64,000 nucleotides of DNA from an uncultured Actinomycetota bacterium. Lineage in GTDB: Bacteria; Actinomycetota; Actinomycetes; JAHEKZ01. A program made the position numbers and the translations under genes. The notes below the pieces were generated by a model, which ran no database searches, was not told the origin of the DNA, and saw only the letters and a list, made by a program, of their open reading frames with translations. Location: NCBI GenBank assembly GCA_963743915.1, contig CAVURN010000002.1:352001-416000 (forward strand), read 5' to 3'. Below, piece by piece: positions 1 through 11,127 of this stretch (position 1 is its first letter; each line of letters starts with the position of its first letter).

Positions 1-716
1 GTCCAGCCCGGTCACGGTGCGCATCACGAACCGGTCGCACCCCAGGGGGTCACGCACCTCGACCGGCCACGACGGCTCGTCCTCGGGCGGCGGAGCCACG
101 ACCGGGTCGCGGAACGGCAGGTCGAACGCCCCGGCCACCTCGCGCGCCACTCCGCGCAGCGACAGCGCGTAGCCGCGGTCAGGGGTGACGGCGATGTCGA
201 GCACGTCGTCGCGCAGCCCCAGCGCCTCGACGGCGTCGTCGCCCGGAGCACCCACGTCGGCGGACAGCACCCAGATGCCGTCGTGGTCCTCGCCGACGTC
301 CAGCTCACGAGGTGAGCAGATCATCCCGTCGGACACGTGGCCATAGGTCTTGCGGGCGGCGATGGCGAAGCCACCAGGAAGCACAGCCCCGGGGAGCGCC
401 ACCACGACCAGGTCGCCGTCGGCGAAGTTGCGGGCGCCGCAGACGACGCCCCGGCCGTCCGGCTCGCCCTCCGCCCCGGCCTCGTTGTGAGAGCCGACGT
501 CCACCCGGCACCAGCGCACCGTCTTGCCGTTGGAGTGGGTCTCCTCGGTGAACGTCAGGACCCGACCGAGCACCAGCGGTCCGACGATGTCGGCGCCGAC
601 CTGGTCGACGGTCTCCACCTCGAGTCCGACGGCGATCAGCCGCTCGGCCACTTCGCGCGCCGCGACGCCTGGTGGCAGGTCGACGACCTCACGCAGCCAC
701 GAGAGCGGGACGCGCA

Positions 717-717
<1 letters not shown>
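1..717 (-). CDS. pheT: Phenylalanine--tRNA ligase beta subunit (5' part; runs off window)
   Basis: Manual translation from ATG at 717: MRVPLSWLREVVDLP...VVCGARNF...SDGMICSPREL...DIAVTPDRGYALSLRGVAREVA; start overlaps the pheS stop. Confidence 0.96.
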
Positions 718-2914
<2,197 letters not shown>

Positions 2915-3005
2915 GGCCGGATTGTGCCAGTCGGTCGCCCCGGGGCCATGCCGCCGCACGGGGGTCGTCGCGCTGTCACGTGACGACGCAGGCGAGGATT
3001 TGTTC

Positions 3006-3047
3006 GGCGTGATGGCTGCGGGCGTGATGGCTGCGGGGCGTGATGGC
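3006..3047. repeat. 15-bp tandem repeat GGCGTGATGGCTGCG, about 2.7 copies
   Basis: Units at 3006-3020 and 3021-3035; partial unit at 3037-3047. Confidence 0.9.
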
Positions 3048-3070
3048 CTCGAGAAAGTTGTGCGCAGGGG

Positions 3071-3099
3071 TTGCGTGGGTGAGGTCTGTCACCTACAAT
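3071..3099 (+). promoter_or_regulatory. sigmaA-type promoter of the DUF222-HNH gene
   Basis: TTGCGT (3071-3076), 17 bp spacer, TACAAT (3094-3099). Confidence 0.7.
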
Positions 3100-3114
3100 C
3101 GAACATACGTTCGA
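3099..3114. promoter_or_regulatory. LexA SOS box
   Basis: TCGAAC-ATAC-GTTCGA, a perfect match to the actinobacterial consensus TCGAAC-N4-GTTCGA; overlaps the -10/TSS region. Confidence 0.9.
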
Positions 3115-3124
3115 AGCGATCAGC

Positions 3125-3199
3125 ACCACCCGAGAGAGCAGTTGTCGAGCAGATGAGTCCTTCCGCTTCGAGGCCCTGCTCCGACTCCTCTCCGGTGGT
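3125..3199 (+). other. Long imperfect stem-loop in the 5' leader of the DUF222-HNH gene
   Basis: ACCACC/GGTGGT, GAGAG/CTCTC, GTCG/CGAC, AGCAG/CTGCT and CCT/AGG are nested complementary blocks. Confidence 0.6.
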
Positions 3200-3204
3200 C
3201 CTGC

Positions 3205-4461
3205 GTGTTCCTGCCCGATGCACTCCCCGAGCCGCTCGTGAGCGTGCTCGCGGAGGTGCGCGCATGGAGCGAGTCCGAGGTCGGAGCCCCAGCGTCACCT
3301 GAAGAGCGTGCCGCCTGGGTCTCGGGGCTGCGACAGCTCGTCGACGCCGCCGAGGCGGTGTACCTGCAGACCCTGGCCGACTTCGACACACATGGTGACG
3401 GTGCCGTCCTGCACGGCGCGCGGACCACCTCTGCCTGGCTTCAGGGGGCTCTCCACCTCGCCCCCGGGGAGGCGAGCACCCACGTCCGGGTGGCGCGAGC
3501 CTCGCGGGATCAGCTCAGTGGACCACTGGATGACCTTCTCCAGGGACGGATCACGGCCGGACATCTGTCCGGCATCGAGCGGAGTCTGCGTCGTCTGCCC
3601 GAAGCTGTCGTCCCCGAGGCGGCCGCCACGTTGGGGGCGCTGGCCCGCCAGGTCGACGTCGGACGCCTCCGCACAGCAGGACGCCGGCTCCAGCACGTCG
3701 TCGATCCCGACGGCGCACTGCGCGACTGCGAGAAGCAGTTCGAGCGTCGGTACCTGCAGCTGTCGCCGCTGCTCGACGGCATGGTCGCGATCGACGGCCT
3801 GCTCGACGCCGAAGGCGCCGAGGCCGTCGGGGCGGCGCTCGCACCGGCGCTCGTCCCCGCTGGCGAGCACGACCTCCGCAGCACCGCCCAGCGCCGCGCG
3901 GACGGCCTCGTCGACCTTGCCCGCACGGTGATCGACCTGCCCGACGCCGGCACGCTCTCGAGGCAACCCGTGCAGCTGCAGGTGCACGTTCCCTGGCAGA
4001 CGCTCATCGACACCCGGGGCGAGCCGGCGTTGCTCGGAGACTCACCGCGCGAGGGTGTCCCGCTCCCCTGGCTGACGGGTGAGCGTCTCGGATGCGATGC
4101 ACACGTCGCGCGCATCGTGCTGGGTCCCGACGGTGTCCCACTCGAGCTCGGACGTTCCGCACGCCTCTTCTCCCCCGCTCAGCGTCGCGCGCTGGCGGTA
4201 CGTGATGGCGGCTGTCGTTTCCCCGGTTGCCCGCGGCCCCCGCGGTACACCGACGCGCACCACATCACCCCGTGGTCGCAGGGCGGCGCCTCTGACCTCG
4301 ACAACGCCCTGCTGCTCTGTCGTCACCACCACCGCCTCGTCCATGAGGGCGGATGGAGCATCCGCGGGCCCGACGGCGAGCTCGCCGCCGACGGCAATGC
4401 GCTCCTCTGCTTCTGTGGTCCGGATGGGCAGAAGCTCACCAGCGATGCGCGAGGTCCGTAG
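3205..4461 (+). CDS. DUF222 (13E12-repeat family) HNH endonuclease domain protein
   Basis: 418 aa; RSTAQRRADGL, CDAHVARIV, RLFSPAQRRALAVRDGGCRFPGC...DAHHITPWSQGGASDLDNALLLCRHHHRLVH. Confidence 0.9.
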   Translation: MFLPDALPEPLVSVLAEVRAWSESEVGAPASPEERAAWVSGLRQLVDAAEAVYLQTLADFDTHGDGAVLHGARTTSAWLQGALHLAPGEASTHVRVARASRDQLSGPLDDLLQGRITAGHLSGIERSLRRLPEAVVPEAAATLGALARQVDVGRLRTAGRRLQHVVDPDGALRDCEKQFERRYLQLSPLLDGMVAIDGLLDAEGAEAVGAALAPALVPAGEHDLRSTAQRRADGLVDLARTVIDLPDAGTLSRQPVQLQVHVPWQTLIDTRGEPALLGDSPREGVPLPWLTGERLGCDAHVARIVLGPDGVPLELGRSARLFSPAQRRALAVRDGGCRFPGCPRPPRYTDAHHITPWSQGGASDLDNALLLCRHHHRLVHEGGWSIRGPDGELAADGNALLCFCGPDGQKLTSDARGP

Positions 4462-4521
4462 CTCCATGCGGAGATGCTGATACCTCATTGACGCTCGCCG
4501 TGTGCCGCCATACTGCGCACC

Positions 4522-5007
4522 ATGGCCAAGATCCCAGCGCGACCCGCGCGCCGGAGCGCCTGGCTCCGCCGAAGGTGGCGGTGGCTACTCGTCGCCGTCG
4601 TCCTTCTGTTCGCATTGATCATCGGTTGGGCGTGGCAGCAGTCACGAGAGGCGGAGCTCACCTCGCTGGCCTGGGACAGGGCTTGGGGGGTCCGTGTCGA
4701 GGCGGACTTCGCCCCTGTGCTTCCGATCACGGTCACCGGTGCCACGCTCACCACGGACGCCGGTGGTGGCGTTGGCTATCTCTGGGACACCTCATCGGCG
4801 GCCGAAATGCCCCCTGACCAGATGCGCATTCACTGGGGCCGGCCAGCCTCGCTCTCGTTCACCTTCGTCCCAACATGCGAGGGGCCCGTCGACGACGAAG
4901 GGGTCATCACTCTGCAGACGGCGAACGGGGAACGGCGCGTGTCCGTCGACCTTCCCAGACTGAGTGACGCGGTGAAGGGCTGGTGCGCGTTCGTCGAGAC
5001 CCGCTGA
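4522..5007 (+). CDS. Hypothetical membrane-anchored protein
   Basis: 161 aa; basic N-terminus, one TM helix (WLLVAVVLLFALIIGWAW), two Cys; CATACT 7 nt upstream of the ATG. Confidence 0.6.
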   Translation: MAKIPARPARRSAWLRRRWRWLLVAVVLLFALIIGWAWQQSREAELTSLAWDRAWGVRVEADFAPVLPITVTGATLTTDAGGGVGYLWDTSSAAEMPPDQMRIHWGRPASLSFTFVPTCEGPVDDEGVITLQTANGERRVSVDLPRLSDAVKGWCAFVETR

Positions 5008-5046
5008 CCGGTCGGCGCGGCCACATGCAGCATCGCCGGGCAAAGC

Positions 5047-5871
5047 TCACGCGTGCTGCGCGCGGGCGCTCGCGTACAGGCACAACGCCGCCGCTGTGGC
5101 GAGGTTGAGGCTCTCGGCCTTGCCGTAGATCGGGATGCGGACCACGGCGTCCGCCAGTGCGAGGACGTCGGGGGGAACACCCCACGCCTCGTTGCCGAAC
5201 ACCCAGGCCGTGGGGTAGGCCAGCTCACCGCGCGGGGCGAGGTGGTCGAGGTCTGTCTCTCCGCTGCCGTCCGCGATGAGGACCCGCAGCCGTGCTGCAT
5301 GCACTGCGCTGACCGCGTCGGTGACGGTGACTCCCGTCACGATCGGCAGGTGGAAGATCCCGCCCACCGACGCGCGTACGGCCTTGCCGTTGTACGGGTC
5401 CACCGAGTTGCCGGCGAAGATGACGGCGGCCGCACCGGCTGCGTCGGCAGCCCGGATGACCGATCCCGCGTTCCCGGGGTCGCGGACGTCGGCGAGCACC
5501 GCGACCAGTCGAGGGCGCCGCTTCAGCACCGCGTCGAGCGGAAGATCGACGCAGTCGGCGACCGCCACCAGGCCCTGCGGGGTCACCGTTCCCGCGAGCG
5601 AGGCCAGCACGGACTCGGCGGCCGTGACGACGGGGACGCCCGCGTCTGCCGCCAGATCGACGAGCTCGGGGTACCGATCTCCCGCGTCCACCGCCGTGAT
5701 CAGCTCGTGCAGGGTCGCGCGACCTTCGCGCGCGGCGACAAGCGCCTCGCGGACTGCCTGCGCCCCCTCGACCAGGAAACGCCCCTGCTCCTGCCGAGAA
5801 GCACGACGGGCGAGCCCCCGGAGCCGCCGAACCCGGGCAGCGCTCGGGTCGGTGAGCTCAGGGCTCGCCAC
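5047..5871 (-). CDS. TrmH/SpoU family RNA methyltransferase
   Basis: DPGNAGSVIRAADAAG, FGNEAWG and AESLNLA SPOUT motifs; typical position after rplT. Confidence 0.92.
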   Translation of the reverse strand: MASPELTDPSAARVRRLRGLARRASRQEQGRFLVEGAQAVREALVAAREGRATLHELITAVDAGDRYPELVDLAADAGVPVVTAAESVLASLAGTVTPQGLVAVADCVDLPLDAVLKRRPRLVAVLADVRDPGNAGSVIRAADAAGAAAVIFAGNSVDPYNGKAVRASVGGIFHLPIVTGVTVTDAVSAVHAARLRVLIADGSGETDLDHLAPRGELAYPTAWVFGNEAWGVPPDVLALADAVVRIPIYGKAESLNLATAAALCLYASARAQHA

Positions 5872-5889
5872 GTCGATGGGTGCCGCCGG

Positions 5890-6270
5890 TCAGGCAGCGG
5901 GTGCGTTGCGGTCGTCGGGCAGCGCCGCCTTGGCGGTCTCGACCAGAGCCTCGAAGGCCTTCGGGTCGTTGACCGCGAGCTCGGCGAGCATGCGGCGGTC
6001 GACCTCGAGGCCGGCCGCCTTCATTCCCTGCACGAAACGGTTGTAGGTGAGCCCGTGCGAGCGGGAGGCAGCGTTGATGCGCTGGATCCACAGCCGACGG
6101 AAGTCGCCCTTGCGCGCCTTGCGGTCGCGGTAGGAGTAGCCGAGGGAGTGAGTGACCTGCTCCTTGGCCTTGCGGTACAGGCGCGACCGCTGCCCGCGGT
6201 ATCCCTCGGCGCGGGACAGGACGGTACGACGCTTCTTCGACGCGTTGACTGCGCGCTTGACGCGTGCCAT
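5890..6270 (-). CDS. rplT: 50S ribosomal protein L20
   Basis: [10 protein letters not shown]...[16 protein letters not shown]...[12 protein letters not shown]. Confidence 0.98.
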   Translation of the reverse strand: MARVKRAVNASKKRRTVLSRAEGYRGQRSRLYRKAKEQVTHSLGYSYRDRKARKGDFRRLWIQRINAASRSHGLTYNRFVQGMKAAGLEVDRRMLAELAVNDPKAFEALVETAKAALPDDRNAPAA

Positions 6271-6303
6271 GGGGTGTCTCCTGGGGTTTCGGGTCAGCCA
6301 GGC

Positions 6304-6498
6304 TCAGCGGCCGAGCAGCTTCTTGGCTTTGCGGGTGTCGGCGGGTGAGAGCTCGACGTCGACCGACAGACGTCGGGTACGACGGCTCGACTTGCCCTCG
6401 AGCAGGTGGCGCTTGTTGGTGCGCTCGCGCATCAGCTTGCCGCTCCCGGTGACCCGGACGCGCTTCTTGGTGCCGCTGTGCGTCTTGTTCTTCGGCAT
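6304..6498 (-). CDS. rpmI: 50S ribosomal protein L35
   Basis: [22 protein letters not shown]. Confidence 0.98.
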   Translation of the reverse strand: MPKNKTHSGTKKRVRVTGSGKLMRERTNKRHLLEGKSSRRTRRLSVDVELSPADTRKAKKLLGR

Positions 6499-6591
6499 CG
6501 CTCTCTCCTTGCCCTTCTTGACTCGACGCGCCCGGTGGGCCCGCTCTGGCTGTGGCCTTCGGTGCGTCGGCCGGTGGTCTGTGGTGTCCTG

Positions 6592-7235
6592 CTACTCGCT
6601 GGCGTCGCTGCTCTCGGTCGCCGCGTGGCCTCGGCCTCGGCGTCCTGGGCGGCCGCGTACTCGGCGTCGGAGTCGCGCTTGCGGGTCTCCCGCTCAGCGC
6701 GCTGCTCGGCCATCACGTCGGCCTTCTTCCGGGTTGGCCCGAGGACCATCACCATGTTCCGGCCGTCCTGCTTCGGCGACGACTCGACGAAGCCGAGCTC
6801 GGCGACGTCCTCGGCCAGCTTCTGCAGCAGGCGGAACCCGAGCTCGGGACGGCTCTGCTCACGACCACGGAACATGATGGTGATCTTCACCTTGTCCCCG
6901 GCCTTGAGGAAGCGGACCACGTGACCCTTCTTGGTCTCGTAGTCGTGCTGGTCGATCTTGGGGCGCAGCTTCATCTCTTTGATGATGGTGTGGGCCTGGT
7001 TCTTGCGGGCCTCACGGTCCTTCATCGCCGACTCGTACTTGAACTTGCCGTAGTCCATGAGCTTGGCCACGGGCGGACGGGCCATCGGGGCCACCTCGAC
7101 GAGGTCGAGGTCGGACTCCTGGGCCAGCCGCAGCGCGTCCTCGATCCGGACGATGCCGACCTGTTCGCCGTTCGGACCGACCAGCCGCACCTCGGGGACG
7201 CGGATCCGGTCGTTGATGCGGGTTTCGGCGCTGAT
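6592..7235 (-). CDS. infC: Translation initiation factor IF-3 (ATC start; probable 1-nt deletion near 6625)
   Basis: AAGGAG-N5-ATC AGC GCC GAA ACC CGC ATC AAC; [34 protein letters not shown]; natural-looking end ATESSDASE* at 6592 in a neighbouring frame. Confidence 0.92.
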
Positions 7236-7264
7236 GAGTGCTCCTTGTTCCGGTGACAGAGACG

Positions 7265-7445
7265 GACCCGGACACGAAGAAGGCCCCCGTGCCTGTGCAG
7301 ACGGGAGCCCGAATGGTCAGGAAGTCAGCGGAGCCGACACCCTGCGCACCGGCGTACACCGGTGCTGACCGGACCCGACGACCTGTGGTCCACGACGTGG
7401 AGCCGGCGGTCGATGCGGGTGGGAGGCGGGCCTCCGCTTGCAGAT
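7265..7445 (-). promoter_or_regulatory. Putative L20-leader-like attenuator of infC-rpmI-rplT
   Basis: Minus strand AAGCGGAGGCCCGCCTCCCACC, internal hairpin GCACCGG-N6-CCGGTGC, and terminator-like GGCTCCCGT-N10-ACGGGGGCC-TTCTTC before the RBS. Confidence 0.5.
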
Positions 7446-7486
7446 CCGGCGGTGAACCGGATCGGTCGTGGTGAGAGGGTACCAGG

Positions 7487-7861
7487 ATGACCGGCACACC
7501 CTCGAATTCGGACGCAGCCGACGGAGCCCTGCGCGACATCGCCGAGGTGCCGGCCATTGAGGTGGTCACGACCGTGGCCCTGCACCTGATGAGCGCCGCC
7601 GCGGTCAAGGTCGGGCTCGGCGCCCACGACGATGCGACCGACGAGACCGACCTGGACGAGGCGCGCACCCTGATCACGGCGCTCGCAGGGCTGGTCACCG
7701 CTGCCGCTCCGCGACTGGGGACCTTTCACGCCGCGCCGCTCCGGGACGGGCTCCGGACCTTGCAGCTCGCCTTCCGCGAGGCGTCGCCGGTCCCCGATGA
7801 GCCCGGACAGGGACCCGGCGAGGAGCTGACCGGGCCGGTCTTCCCCACCGCCCCGCGCTAG
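7487..7861 (+). CDS. DUF1844 family protein
   Basis: RDIAEVPAIEVVTTVALHLMSAAAVKVGL...LRDGLRTLQLAFREAS; conserved position divergent from infC in actinobacteria. Confidence 0.85.
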   Translation: MTGTPSNSDAADGALRDIAEVPAIEVVTTVALHLMSAAAVKVGLGAHDDATDETDLDEARTLITALAGLVTAAAPRLGTFHAAPLRDGLRTLQLAFREASPVPDEPGQGPGEELTGPVFPTAPR

Positions 7862-7864
7862 ACG

Positions 7865-7886
7865 TCCGCCACCTGGGGTGGCTGGA
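7865..7886. terminator. Short hairpin between convergent genes
   Basis: GCCACC-TGG-GGTGGC at 7868-7882. Confidence 0.4.
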
Positions 7887-7894
7887 ACTCCCGA

Positions 7895-8617
7895 CTACTC
7901 CACGACGGTGGCGTCAGCAGCCGCTGGGGCAGCGGAGTCTCCCGCGCGCAGCAGCGGGTAGAGAAGGGCGGCCAGCAGACCGCCGACCGCGGGGGCCAGG
8001 ATGAAGACCCACAGCTGGCTGAGCGCGTCCCCGCCCTCGAAGAGCGCAGGCCCGAACGAACGGGCCGGGTTCACCGAGGTGCCCGTCAGGGGGATGCCGA
8101 CGAGGTGCACGACCGCCAGCGCAGTGCCGATGCCGATGCCGGCCAGCGCGGCGGTGGCGGCCTTGTCCGTCACCAGCAGGATGACCAGCACGAAGACCAG
8201 GGTGAGCACGGTCTCGACGACCAGGGCACCGGCGAGGTTGATCCCCGCACCTTCGCCGTAGGCGTTGGTGCCGAGCGCTCCGGTCTGGTCGAGCACGTCG
8301 AACTGCTCGACCATGAGCCAGAGCAGGAATGCGCCCAAGGTGGCGCCGAGGAACTGCACCACCGCGTAGAGCCCACCCGTGGCAGCGTCCATGCGCTTGG
8401 TCACGACCATGGCGATGGTGACGGCCGGGTTGACGTGGCAGCCGCTGATCGGCCCGAAGGCGTACACGCCGAACGCGAGCACGAAGCCGAAGGCGAGGGC
8501 CACCGCCAACGACCCGTTGGTCTCGATCCCGGAGACCGCTGCGCCCACGGCGAGGAACACCAGGGCGAACGTTCCGACGAACTCGGTGAGCAAGCGCTTG
8601 GTCAGGTCATCAGCCAT
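7895..8617 (-). CDS. MIP family channel (aquaporin Z-like)
   Basis: Two NPA boxes: [11 protein letters not shown] and [13 protein letters not shown]. Confidence 0.92.
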   Translation of the reverse strand: MADDLTKRLLTEFVGTFALVFLAVGAAVSGIETNGSLAVALAFGFVLAFGVYAFGPISGCHVNPAVTIAMVVTKRMDAATGGLYAVVQFLGATLGAFLLWLMVEQFDVLDQTGALGTNAYGEGAGINLAGALVVETVLTLVFVLVILLVTDKAATAALAGIGIGTALAVVHLVGIPLTGTSVNPARSFGPALFEGGDALSQLWVFILAPAVGGLLAALLYPLLRAGDSAAPAAADATVVE

Positions 8618-9443
8618 GGCCCTCATGGTGCCGGGTTCGCGACCCCCGGGGCGAGAGGACGTCCGGCGTGTCGGGTGTCCGGTCAGGGGGCACGGACGCG
8701 ACCCGCAGCCCGTCCGGCAGGGCCGCGACCAGGGCGCGGTCGCCGCGCAGCCGGGTGAGCAGCGGCTCCAGCTGGTCCCGTGACAGGGGCGGGTCCGCCA
8801 CCAGGACGAGGCCGACGGAGGGCTCCTCCGCACCTGCCGGTCCCGCTTCCACCGGAGGTGCGGCGGTCGTCACCAGGTGCGCGGACAGCAGCAGGCTCGT
8901 GACGCCGGGTTCGGCCTCCAGGACGCCCCGCGCGGCTGCCTGCACGACCGGGTCGGCCGAGGGGTCCCCGGGTGCGCGCGCCGCAGCGGCCAGGAGCAGC
9001 AGCTCACCGTCCGCGACCGCGAAGGGCACGGGGCCGGCGGCATCGACCAGCAGCGCGTCGGCGCCCTCGTCCAGGGCGGCACGTGCGGCCAAGGGGGCTG
9101 CCAACGGCACCGGTCGGGCGTCGTCCTGCCAGGCCCGAAGACTCTCGGTTCCCGTGAAGGCCAGCAGCGAACGTCGCCCGTCCGCCGCCTCGATCAGGAC
9201 CGTGGCCATGGAGGACTGCTTGTCCCGGCGCAGTCCGTCCGCGCCGGTCTCCGACTCATCGAGCATCGCGACGACGGGCACGAGCAGCCGGCTCGCGGCC
9301 AGTGCGCGCAGCACGCCGGAGCCGTCGCCCGTCCCCGCGGCGGCCGCGTGGAGGGCGTGCACCAGGTCGGCCGACGGCGCACCGTCGTCGTCGGGCAGCG
9401 GAGGTGCGGGGACGGGCGCACCGGCGAACCGCGGATCGGTCAC
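8610..9443 (-). CDS. SseB family protein
   Basis: DDDG...[12 protein letters not shown]...DKQSSMATV...[13 protein letters not shown]; follows hisG as in other actinobacteria. Confidence 0.8.
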   Translation of the reverse strand: MTDPRFAGAPVPAPPLPDDDGAPSADLVHALHAAAAGTGDGSGVLRALAASRLLVPVVAMLDESETGADGLRRDKQSSMATVLIEAADGRRSLLAFTGTESLRAWQDDARPVPLAAPLAARAALDEGADALLVDAAGPVPFAVADGELLLLAAAARAPGDPSADPVVQAAARGVLEAEPGVTSLLLSAHLVTTAAPPVEAGPAGAEEPSVGLVLVADPPLSRDQLEPLLTRLRGDRALVAALPDGLRVASVPPDRTPDTPDVLSPRGSRTRHHEGHG

Positions 9444-10304
9444 AGGCGACAGGCGTGGATGTCGGTGACGAGGATCCCGCGGGCACCGAGGTCGTAGAGC
9501 TCGTCCATCACCTTGTTCGTCTGCGGCCGCGGCACCAGAGCACGGACGGCCACCCATGCCGGGTCGTGCAGCGGCGAGATCGTGGGTGACTCGATGCCCG
9601 GGGTGATCGCACACGCCTGCTCGACCAAGGTCGACGGGACGTCGTAGTCGACGATCACGTAGGTGGCGGCCGACGATCACGCCGTTGCAGCCGTCGCTGG
9701 AGCTGGTCGAGCGCGGTCTCGACGTCCGCGGCGGCGCTGCCGTTCCCCGAGCCCCGGATGAGGACCGCCTCGCTCTGCAGGATCGGCTCGCCGAACACCT
9801 CGAGGCCGGCCTGCCGCAGGGTGGACCCGGTCTCGACGACGTCCGCCACGACGTCGGCCACCCCGAGCCGGATGGCCGTCTCCACCGCGCCGTCGAGCCG
9901 CGTGACGGAGACCTCGATGCCGTGGTCGGCCAGGTACGCCTGCGACCAGCCGGGGGTACGACGACGCCACCCGCAGCCCCTCGAGGTCGGCGATGGTGTC
10001 CGCGGTCCCGGGTCGCGCCGCGAACCGGAAGGTGGACGCCCCGAAGCCGAGTGGCATCACCTCCTCGGGCGTCGGAACCGCTGTCGAGCAGCAGGTCCCG
10101 GCCGGTGATGCCGACGTCGAGCTGCCCGGACCCCACGTAGGTGGCGATGTCGCGGGGACGGAGGAAGAAGAACTCGGTGTCGTTGTCGGGGTCGTGCAGG
10201 ACGAGCTCGCGTGCCACCGTGCGCTGCCGGTAGCCGGCCTCGCGCAGCATCCGGGAGGCCGGCTCGGAGAGCGACCCCTTGTTGGGGACGGCGACGCGGA
10301 GCAT
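9440..10304 (-). CDS. hisG: ATP phosphoribosyltransferase (several apparent frameshifts)
   Basis: [12 protein letters not shown]...RPRDIATYV...[10 protein letters not shown]; [11 protein letters not shown]; [11 protein letters not shown]; ESPTISPL...[15 protein letters not shown], spread across frames. Confidence 0.9.
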
Positions 10305-10351
10305 GGCGTCCTTCCTGAGGGCGGAGGTGGGTGCGGGTGTGGTCGGAGCGG

Positions 10352-10616
10352 TCAGAGGCGCCGGTAGACGTCCTCGAGGGACAGGTCGCAGGCGATCATC
10401 ATCACCTGCACGTGGTACAGCAGCTGGGCGAGCTCCTCGGCCGCGCGGTCGGCGCCCTCGTGCTCGGCGGCCATCCACGCCTCGGCAGCCTCCTCGACCA
10501 GCTTCTTGCCGATCGCGTGCACACCCGTCGTCGAGCAGGCGCACCGTGCCGGAGCCGTCGGGCCGGGTCAGGCTGCGCGCCTGCAGCTCGTTGAAGAGGT
10601 CGTCGAAGGTCTTCAT
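10352..10616 (-). CDS. hisE: Phosphoribosyl-ATP diphosphatase (1-nt insertion ~10520)
   Basis: [11 protein letters not shown]...GSGTV, then [18 protein letters not shown]...[12 protein letters not shown] in the shifted frame. Confidence 0.9.
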
Positions 10617-10656
10617 GGCAGGCCCCAGCGTAGTGAGCGCACCACAGGCCGACCCG

Positions 10657-11127
10657 TCACCCTCGTCTCGTCCGCAGTCCGGTCGCCATGGCGACGGCGG
10701 CGGCGGCCGCCTCGGCGCCCTTGTCCTCGGTCGAGCCCGGCAGGCCCGCCCGGGCCAGTGCCTGCTCCTCGTCGTCACAGGTGAGGACGCCGAAGCCCAC
10801 CGGGCGTCCGCTGTCCAGCATCACTCTCAGGAGACCGTCGGTGGCGGCCCGGCACACGTACTCGAAGTGCGGAGTCCCTCCGCGCACGACCACCCCGAGG
10901 GCAACCACCGCGTCGTGCTGCTCGGCGAGCGCGGCCGCACCGAGCGGCAGCTCGAACGCCCCAGGCACGCGCAGCTCCTCCACCACGGAGACGCCGGCAG
11001 CCGCGAGGGCGCGTCGTGCGCCCTCGAGCAGCCCGTCCATCACGACGGTGTGCCACTGCGAGGCGACGACACCGACGCTGAGCCCGCTGCCGTCGACCTC
11101 CAGGTCGGGTGCTCCTGCTCCGCTCAT
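10657..11127 (-). CDS. ribH: 6,7-dimethyl-8-ribityllumazine synthase
   Basis: [28 protein letters not shown]. Confidence 0.96.
   Translation of the reverse strand: MSGAGAPDLEVDGSGLSVGVVASQWHTVVMDGLLEGARRALAAAGVSVVEELRVPGAFELPLGAAALAEQHDAVVALGVVVRGGTPHFEYVCRAATDGLLRVMLDSGRPVGFGVLTCDDEEQALARAGLPGSTEDKGAEAAAAAVAMATGLRTRRG

Noticed and set aside
3006-3047. CRISPR array (also considered for 19268-19332)
   Set aside because: Units are 13-15 bp, contiguous, with no spacers, and no cas genes are present.
3148-3175. Hammerhead ribozyme-like CAGATGAG
   Set aside because: Lacks the CUGAUGA core and the GAAA following stem II.
8610-10778. 722-aa HisE-HisG-SseB fusion ORF
   Set aside because: A mosaic of three genes joined by frameshift artefacts and stop-poor GC-rich frames.
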